Shown: positions 57,522 to 64,000 of the stretch, piece after piece | How positions within the stretch are numbered: the stretch's first letter is position 1 | Layout: the number at the start of each line of letters is the position of its first letter | Assembly (NCBI GenBank): GCA_963662285.2 | Contig: CAXXMV010000001.1 | Location: forward strand, 448,001 to 512,000 | Direction: 5' to 3' | DNA length: 64,000 bases | DNA from: a bacterium | GTDB taxonomy: Bacteria > Hinthialibacterota > Hinthialibacteria > Hinthialibacterales > Hinthialibacteraceae | The notes under the pieces: generated by a model | Told to the model about the DNA's origin: nothing | Database searches by the model: none | What the model saw: the letters and a program-made list of their open reading frames with translations, nothing else | Made by a program: the position numbers and the translations under genes

Positions 57522-60500
57522 TCATATAATAGAAGGACTTTCTGTTAGGAATATTTTTTTTATGCTCATCTGTATATATTTTTCCGCATCGGAGTATTTT
57601 TTACGACATAAGTAAATTAATCCTTTTGTATGATCTAATTCACATTTTCTTAAATCATCTTTTGTTGATTTTTCCCATAACTCATAGGCTTTTTGATGAT
57701 ATTCATCAGCCCTATTTAATTCCTCTTGATCTCCTATTTTTGCCAATGCGGTGGCATGATTAAGGTAACAAACAATCAACCACCATTGACTATTTGGATA
57801 ATCTAAGATAATCCTCTCTGCTGTTTCTAATTCAGTGCATGCATCTTCATATTTATTTACTGCTAAAAACAATTGCGCTTTCTTAATACGGGAAACAGCT
57901 ACTCCAGTTTCGTCTTTCGGACTCATTTCGTTGTTTAATTTCATACAGTTTCCAATAAAAGATAGAGCATTATCAAACAACGATTTAATAGTATCATTAT
58001 TATTTATATTTGAAATTTTAATAATGTTTATTGTGCATTTGTGTCTAAATATCATGGCCTTAATATGAATTTGATTAACGTTCAAAGCAGATAAATCTAT
58101 GCTCTCAAAATTTACAATATCATTGATAGATTCTGTTAATTTTCCTAGAGATATTTTCGTTTGTATGATTCGTAAAAGAATTTTAAAATCTATGTCCGAA
58201 TCATAGGTTAGTGTCGTTTTTTCAAATTCTTTTAGTGCTAAAGAATATTTTCTTTCCATTGTTAATAATATTCCTCGTTCTAAATACACTCTCTTTTTCT
58301 GTGTTGGATCACGATAGTTTATATATTTATTTGCATTATTAACTGCCTTTTTGTACTCCTCTAGTGAAGAGTGAATTCTGTATATTCTTGCCCTGATCAA
58401 TTCAATTGTAAATTCCGATTTCTTCGATTGTTTATTATTATTATTATTATTTCCCGGAGCGGATTCCAAAAAGTGTTTTAATATATCAATTTCATAATTA
58501 TCTATTAGAGTTTTTTCAATTTCTTTTAATATTTCTATGTATTTATTTCTATTTCCTGAAATTTTGTAATAATATAATGCAGAGGAATAATATGGGATAG
58601 ATTCATAAAATGAGTATTTAACTGCTTTAATTAAAAATCTTTCGGCAATTTTGTTCAATATACGTTTTTCTTCGTCTATTTTTACCGTTATAATTTTTTG
58701 CAGGCATTCTCTTACTGTCGATGACATTCCATATAGCACTTTATGATGGTGCTGTGGTCGATCTCCTAATACATTTTCCTGTATCATGAATCCCCACATG
58801 CATAGATTGTTCACAAACGAATTCAAACCCGCGGAATTCAAATTCTCATCAAAACAATGCCTTATAGATTCTAAACTCCTTGGCGTTCTGAAATATTGTG
58901 CAATAGTTATGACATTTTCTAAGATATTGTATTCTTCTTTGCTATATATGGATTTTAAATACATCATTACTTGAGTAAATAGTGTTTGATAGTCATTCAG
59001 GGCTATTTTATTAAAAATCCTATCATCAATATCTAATACTCTAGTCAGTTTAGATAATATAAACAAAGTATGTATGCTAGCATCAGAATTTATTTTTTTA
59101 ATTTTGTCCAATATTTTTATATCAATACCAAATGATTCGGAAAATTTCAATAATTCCTCACTATCCGTTAACGGTTCTATCTTTATGTATAACGATTCAT
59201 CATGAGAAATACAACAATTTACTTTATCACTTTTTGTACTCGCGAATATAATTTTAAGTTTATGATCACTTTGCTCTAGCAAGTACTTAAAGAATTCTAT
59301 CTCACGAGTATTGAATCTCTCATAATGTTCAATGGCAATAATTATCCTCCTGTCTTCATATTTGAATGATGTTAGTAAGGCTTTCGCGATTGTTTCATTA
59401 TTCCATCCCTCGTTTGTATATCCTCTCTGCTTAAAAAAAGTTTTTTTAGTTTCTTCGCTTAGGTTAGAAACGATGAAATGTACATAAGTTTCCAAATCAA
59501 GCCATTCTTTCGCCTCAATGCGAAAAATAACAAATTTTCCAGTAAGAGATTGTTTTCTAAGGGTGTATCCAAGTAAAGTACTAATGCCATTTCCTGGACT
59601 AGAATGTAAAAATAAAATTTTATTACTCGAATAAAAGAAATCAAAAACTCGACTATCACATTTTCTACTTATATAATTTTTAGGTACAGGAGGCATTTCT
59701 CCCCATGGAGAGTCAAAAACTTTTAAATTACTGATAGGAGGACGAATTTTCGATAAAATATTAATTATTTCATCACGTTCTAGACCTTTAATATATAATC
59801 TTTTTCTATCATTTTCATTATTTTTATCGCTTTCAATGTCTTGCGTTACATTGTGTTCTATGTTTTGTAATATTGTATCTTTAGCGCTCTTTGTTCCTAA
59901 GATATAAATTTTTGTTTTTTCATTATCATCTGCGACTAGTCTTCTTATTAGAGTATTAATGACTGGATCTCGTCCGCCATAACCAAAAATACAAAGTGAA
60001 TTTCCTTTTATTATATTAAAAAACTTATGATGCCAAATTGTTTTGTCATAGGATTTTGAAGCAAAAACAACATCGTAGAAATAATTAGCATCTCCATGTA
60101 GTTTTGCGATGAAGAAATCATCAGGAATTTCAAATTTCCCCTCGCCTTCCCATTGACGAGGAAGAATTGGTAAAATTGATTTCTTGTAGAGAGTTACATA
60201 AGCATCTTCAAGTAAATGGTCATAATTCGTAGTAAAAATACCGTCGAAACCCATGGAAACAATATTTGAATGAATTGGGTGTGGAAATATGTGTTCTAAA
60301 AATGTTTGCTGTGAAAATTGCTGTAATATTTCATGAGCCAGATTATTAATTACAAGCTCTCCCGCCCTTCTATAACAACCACTATCAACATAATCATTAT
60401 AATTTTTAAAAGTTATCTCTTTATTCTTTAATAATTGCCCTGCTTTTTCTAAAAAATTACTCCATGACGGAATTCCTGACACACAAGATAAACCCGAACA

Positions 60501-60629
60501 TATTAGCGCATATTTTTGGGGCTCTTTCTCATCCAATAGTGTACGTATATCGTTCACGACACCACTTGAAGATTCCATACCATTTACTCCAAAAAATACA
60601 ATATATTTTTTGTGTTTCAAAAAAAACAT
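57522..60629 (-). CDS. SIR2-like domain + degenerate P-loop NTPase + TPR protein (Avs/STAND-like anti-phage candidate)
   Basis: CSGLSCVSGIPSW, FTTNYDHLLE, KLHGD, FGYGGRDP (SIR2_2 type); SSPGNGIST / IIIAIE; C-terminal TPR-like helices; strongly AT-rich. Confidence 0.8.
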   Translation of the reverse strand: MFFLKHKKYIVFFGVNGMESSSGVVNDIRTLLDEKEPQKYALICSGLSCVSGIPSWSNFLEKAGQLLKNKEITFKNYNDYVDSGCYRRAGELVINNLAHEILQQFSQQTFLEHIFPHPIHSNIVSMGFDGIFTTNYDHLLEDAYVTLYKKSILPILPRQWEGEGKFEIPDDFFIAKLHGDANYFYDVVFASKSYDKTIWHHKFFNIIKGNSLCIFGYGGRDPVINTLIRRLVADDNEKTKIYILGTKSAKDTILQNIEHNVTQDIESDKNNENDRKRLYIKGLERDEIINILSKIRPPISNLKVFDSPWGEMPPVPKNYISRKCDSRVFDFFYSSNKILFLHSSPGNGISTLLGYTLRKQSLTGKFVIFRIEAKEWLDLETYVHFIVSNLSEETKKTFFKQRGYTNEGWNNETIAKALLTSFKYEDRRIIIAIEHYERFNTREIEFFKYLLEQSDHKLKIIFASTKSDKVNCCISHDESLYIKIEPLTDSEELLKFSESFGIDIKILDKIKKINSDASIHTLFILSKLTRVLDIDDRIFNKIALNDYQTLFTQVMMYLKSIYSKEEYNILENVITIAQYFRTPRSLESIRHCFDENLNSAGLNSFVNNLCMWGFMIQENVLGDRPQHHHKVLYGMSSTVRECLQKIITVKIDEEKRILNKIAERFLIKAVKYSFYESIPYYSSALYYYKISGNRNKYIEILKEIEKTLIDNYEIDILKHFLESAPGNNNNNNKQSKKSEFTIELIRARIYRIHSSLEEYKKAVNNANKYINYRDPTQKKRVYLERGILLTMERKYSLALKEFEKTTLTYDSDIDFKILLRIIQTKISLGKLTESINDIVNFESIDLSALNVNQIHIKAMIFRHKCTINIIKISNINNNDTIKSLFDNALSFIGNCMKLNNEMSPKDETGVAVSRIKKAQLFLAVNKYEDACTELETAERIILDYPNSQWWLIVCYLNHATALAKIGDQEELNRADEYHQKAYELWEKSTKDDLRKCELDHTKGLIYLCRKKYSDAEKYIQMSIKKIFLTESPSII

Positions 60630-60792
60630 GCGATGTATTTAATCATAATTGATGCGTCGCATCTATGGTGGTTCAATATAATGACTTTATTTATTTAGAG
60701 TAACTTATAAATGAGTATTCATAAATACAAATAACATGAGTGAAGGATTTAACGTTTAAATTTCAGGAAATTACGTAAATCATAAATAAAGC

Positions 60793-60828
60793 AAAAAAAG
60801 GGGGGGGGGGTATTCAGCCCCCTTTTTT
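60793..60828. terminator. Bidirectional terminator-like hairpin containing an 11-G run
   Basis: A7-G11-TATTCAG-C5-T6. Confidence 0.6.
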
Positions 60829-60848
60829 GATAATATCCACATCATCCA

Positions 60849-61595
60849 TCAAGGCAATTCGCGAATTCGTATGTTTTTGAATTCTATGGGGGAGCCTTCT
60901 GATTCAAGGCATATATGACCTACGCAAGGATCGGCGCCGTTGCCGCCGGATACTTCTTCTCCGTTGACCCATAAACGAATTTCGCCGTTTATACCTCTTA
61001 CGTAGTAGTGATTCCATTGCCCGAAGCCTTTGCTCAGGTTTTTGCTGGGGAAACTACGCGCTCCATTGGCTGACAGGGGAGGAAATGGTTTCAGTTTGGA
61101 GTTGCCAACCGGGAAGATGTCGCCATTAGTCGAGAACCAGTCAGACTTTTTGCCGTTTTTCTTTTCAAAATTCTCAGCGTAGCCATGATCCAGCATTTGC
61201 ACTTCGATGCCATACTTGGGCAGGGTATTTGGTTTAATGTCGGTCAACGCTTCAATCGGCGCCCATACGAAGCAACCGGAGTTGCCAGCTGACTTAAGAT
61301 GACGCCATTGCACTACCAACTCAAAGTTGGTGTATACCTTTTTGGTGCGCATCACGCCGACCGGCTTGCCTGTGCAAGTAAGTAAACCATCTTTCCAGGA
61401 CCAGGTGTCCTCGAAGCAATTGACGTTGACAAAATCTTTTTCGCCCAGTTCCACCCATCCATCACCGATACCATCAATAAAGGCTTTGGGCAACACCGGA
61501 GTATCTTCGGTCTGCGCCAGTTGCATTCCGGCAAATGACAGGCACAGCATCAACAACAGTGTAAGTGTTATAAACCGTTTCATATCATTCTCCAT
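60849..61595 (-). CDS. DUF1080 (3-keto-disaccharide hydrolase family) exported protein
   Basis: WSWKDG, YTNFELVVQWR, GNSG, IEVQMLD, GQWNHY, GHICLESEG, IEFKNIRIREL. Confidence 0.9.
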   Translation of the reverse strand: MENDMKRFITLTLLLMLCLSFAGMQLAQTEDTPVLPKAFIDGIGDGWVELGEKDFVNVNCFEDTWSWKDGLLTCTGKPVGVMRTKKVYTNFELVVQWRHLKSAGNSGCFVWAPIEALTDIKPNTLPKYGIEVQMLDHGYAENFEKKNGKKSDWFSTNGDIFPVGNSKLKPFPPLSANGARSFPSKNLSKGFGQWNHYYVRGINGEIRLWVNGEEVSGGNGADPCVGHICLESEGSPIEFKNIRIRELP

Positions 61596-61659
61596 TCAAG
61601 TTATTTGATTTATTCATATTATCACAAAAATAATGCGACGCATCGAAAACAGAATTATC

Positions 61660-63024
61660 TTAGATGCGGTCGAAATATCTTCTTAGTTCCCAGTCGGTCA
61701 CTGATGCGTCAAAGGCTCTTTGTTCCATGCGGGCCAGATGCAGGTAATGATCTACAACCTCATCCCCGAAAGCATTACGGGCGGTTTGGCTTTTTTCAAA
61801 CAAACGTGACGCTTCGATTAGACTGGTGGGGACGTGAGCCGCATAATCGGCTTTGTATGCGTCGCCCTGGAACGGTTCACCGCAGTCCAGGTTTTCTTCG
61901 ATTCCCGCCAGACCAGCGGCCAGTGTTGCAGCGAAGGCCAGGTATGGGTTGCCGTCGGCGCCGGGCATACGGTTTTCGATGCGGAAAGAATGGCCATGCC
62001 CGATGATGCGGAAACCTGCGGTGCGGTTGTCTGGGCTCCACACAATAGCTGTCGGCGCAAAAGAACCGGGCTGAAAGCGCTTATAGGCATTGATGGTGGA
62101 TGCGTAAAACAAGAAGAATTCATGCGAATACTTTAACTGTCCTCCAAGAAATTGGCGGTACAATTTTGACTCGCAGCTTTTATCTTTATCCCAGAACAGG
62201 TTCTGATCGCCTTCTTTGTTATAGGCGCTGGTATGTAAATGAAAACTGGAGCCAGCTTCGGTAGAGTCGCACTTGGCCATAAAGGTAACCGAACAGCCTT
62301 TGGACCAGGCGATTTCCTTCACCCCGTTTTTGTAAATAACATGACGATCCGCCATTTCCAACGCATCGGAGTATTCGAGATTGATCTCATGCTGTCCCTT
62401 ACCCCATTCGCCTTTACTGAATTCAACCGGGATATTGGCCTGATTCATTGAATTACGAATATCGCGGATGACGAATTCATCACGCGAGGTCTGGAGAATA
62501 TGGTAATCAATGGAATAATCGGAACTTGGTTTGGGAGAATGAAAATTACGCTGAGCTAATTCCTCCTGCGTCTCCAGAAAAAGATAAAACTCTAGCTCTG
62601 AAGCCATCATGGGATAGAGACCGGCCTGGTAGGCCCGTTCTATCTGGCGCCGCAGAATGGCGCGGGGCGATTGGGTGACGGGTTCTTTATTGGCCCATTG
62701 CAGGTCAACCAGAACCATCACCGTCTTCTCTAACCAGGGGATAAAGCGCAGAGTATTCAGGTCGAGAACGCCATGAAAGTCGCCATACCCTTTATCCCAG
62801 CTGGTCATTTCGAATCCCGGAAGAGGATTCATCTCCATATCCACCGTCAACAGATAATCACAGGAATGCATACCCGATGCGATCACGTGGCTGACAAAAT
62901 AGGAACCCGTTACTCTCTTACCGATCAGACGCCCGAATTGATCGGGAAAAGCAACCAGGACGGTATCAACTTCACCCGTTTGAATCAATTGGCGAAGATC
63001 TTCAAGGAGCAATGGGTTGGCCAT
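61660..63024 (-). CDS. Glutamine synthetase-like gamma-glutamyl ligase (PuuA/GlnA4-like)
   Basis: GRLIGKR, ASELEFYL, EWGKGQHEIN, VTFMAK, GSSFHLH, NAYKRF, DNRT, RIENRMPGADGNPYL; adjacent to ALDH. Confidence 0.9.
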   Translation of the reverse strand: MANPLLLEDLRQLIQTGEVDTVLVAFPDQFGRLIGKRVTGSYFVSHVIASGMHSCDYLLTVDMEMNPLPGFEMTSWDKGYGDFHGVLDLNTLRFIPWLEKTVMVLVDLQWANKEPVTQSPRAILRRQIERAYQAGLYPMMASELEFYLFLETQEELAQRNFHSPKPSSDYSIDYHILQTSRDEFVIRDIRNSMNQANIPVEFSKGEWGKGQHEINLEYSDALEMADRHVIYKNGVKEIAWSKGCSVTFMAKCDSTEAGSSFHLHTSAYNKEGDQNLFWDKDKSCESKLYRQFLGGQLKYSHEFFLFYASTINAYKRFQPGSFAPTAIVWSPDNRTAGFRIIGHGHSFRIENRMPGADGNPYLAFAATLAAGLAGIEENLDCGEPFQGDAYKADYAAHVPTSLIEASRLFEKSQTARNAFGDEVVDHYLHLARMEQRAFDASVTDWELRRYFDRI

Positions 63025-63028
63025 TTTA

Positions 63029-64000
63029 TTATTCTCCGGTGTATATGAAAACGTTTTTAACTTCAGTAAAGTTCGCTAGAGCGTTCATACCCAGGTCGCG
63101 TCCAATGCCGCTTTTCTTGTAGCCGCCAAAGGGAGCTTCCAGATAGACGCTGCTGTTGGTGTTGACGCTAAGCACGCCGGATTTCACCCGCTGGGCGGTT
63201 AGAATGGCGCGCTTGAGATTGGTTGTCCAAATCGAGCCTGATAGTCCGAAAGGTGAATCATTGACCTCGCGGATCATGTCGTCTTCGTTAGTAAATGGAA
63301 TCACATTTAGCACCGGACCGAAAATCTCTTCCTGGCTGATGCGCATTTTGTTATCGGCGTCAGTGAATACTGCTGGCCGGATATATGAGCCTTTATCATA
63401 AGCCTCGCCAGTAAGGATTTCACCGCCATATGCCAACGTAGCGCCTTCCTCTTGTCCAAGCGCAATATATTCAAGAACGCTTTTCCGTTGGTTCATGGAG
63501 ACCATCGGTCCAATCTGGGTGGCGTCATCTAATGGATCGCCGATAATGGTTTTTTGGGTCTGGTCAATGAAAGCGCTGACGAACTGGTCGTATACGGACT
63601 TTTCGACGAAGGCGCGGCTGCGGGCGCAGCAGTCCTGGCCGCAGTTTCCAAAAACAGCCAGTACGGATGAACGGGCTGCTTTATCAACATCAGCGTCGGC
63701 GAAAACGATGTTGGGTGATTTGCCGCCCAATTCGAGCGATACGCGCTTGATATCATCAGCAGCGGTTTTCATGATTTCCGCACCGGTAATGGTTTCGCCA
63801 GTGAATGTAATCTTATCAACGCCAGGGTGACCCACTAAAGCCGAGCCAATAGTGCCGCCCGGTCCAGTGATAATATTAAATACGCCTTCAGGGATGCCCG
63901 CTTCAAGAGCCGCGTGACCAAGATGCAGGGCGCTGAGGGGAGTGTAACTGGCTGGTTTCAGAATGACGCTGTTGCCCGCAGCCAACGCCGGGGCGCATTT
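63029..64000 (-). CDS. Aldehyde dehydrogenase (5' end outside window), probably gamma-glutamyl-aminoaldehyde dehydrogenase
   Basis: AAGNSVILKP, FTGET, LELGGKSP, GQDCCA, QEEIFGPV, PFGGYKKSGIGR. Confidence 0.92.
   Translation of the reverse strand, partial: KCAPALAAGNSVILKPASYTPLSALHLGHAALEAGIPEGVFNIITGPGGTIGSALVGHPGVDKITFTGETITGAEIMKTAADDIKRVSLELGGKSPNIVFADADVDKAARSSVLAVFGNCGQDCCARSRAFVEKSVYDQFVSAFIDQTQKTIIGDPLDDATQIGPMVSMNQRKSVLEYIALGQEEGATLAYGGEILTGEAYDKGSYIRPAVFTDADNKMRISQEEIFGPVLNVIPFTNEDDMIREVNDSPFGLSGSIWTTNLKRAILTAQRVKSGVLSVNTNSSVYLEAPFGGYKKSGIGRDLGMNALANFTEVKNVFIYTGE

Noticed and set aside
57522-60629. Alternative genetic code (TGA as sense) for the SIR2 gene
   Set aside because: Only one in-frame TGA in over 1000 codons, and TGA ends other genes in the window such as recR

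Overview
A 64 kb bacterial chromosomal window with about 40 protein genes, a long (Alu-domain type) SRP RNA in front of dnaX-ybaB-recR, and a tmRNA. There is no rRNA, tRNA, CRISPR array, transposase or integrase. Pro/Thr-linker surface proteins and a C-terminal NNWSIY motif suggest a candidate-phylum organism such as Hinthialibacterota/OLB16 or Sumerlaeota; this is inference only. The best candidate for an undescribed system is a convergent three-gene locus at 28277-33893. It encodes an ECF-type sigma factor whose region 2 appears split by a WD40-like insert and followed by a double zinc ribbon, a putative anti-sigma/substrate protein, and a caspase-like CHAT protease fused to about 7 transmembrane helices and a TPR-like tail. 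Other notable items are a 222-bp inverted duplication of a hairpin-promoter-RBS-start module (586-807 and 6572-6793) whose left copy is cut at a GTAG REP-like element, an active/inactive pair of DUF3857-transglutaminase proteins, and an AT-rich SIR2-NTPase-TPR (Avs-like) candidate defence gene with degenerate Walker motifs and an in-frame TGA near its 3' end. All family calls come from reading motifs by eye; no database searches were run.
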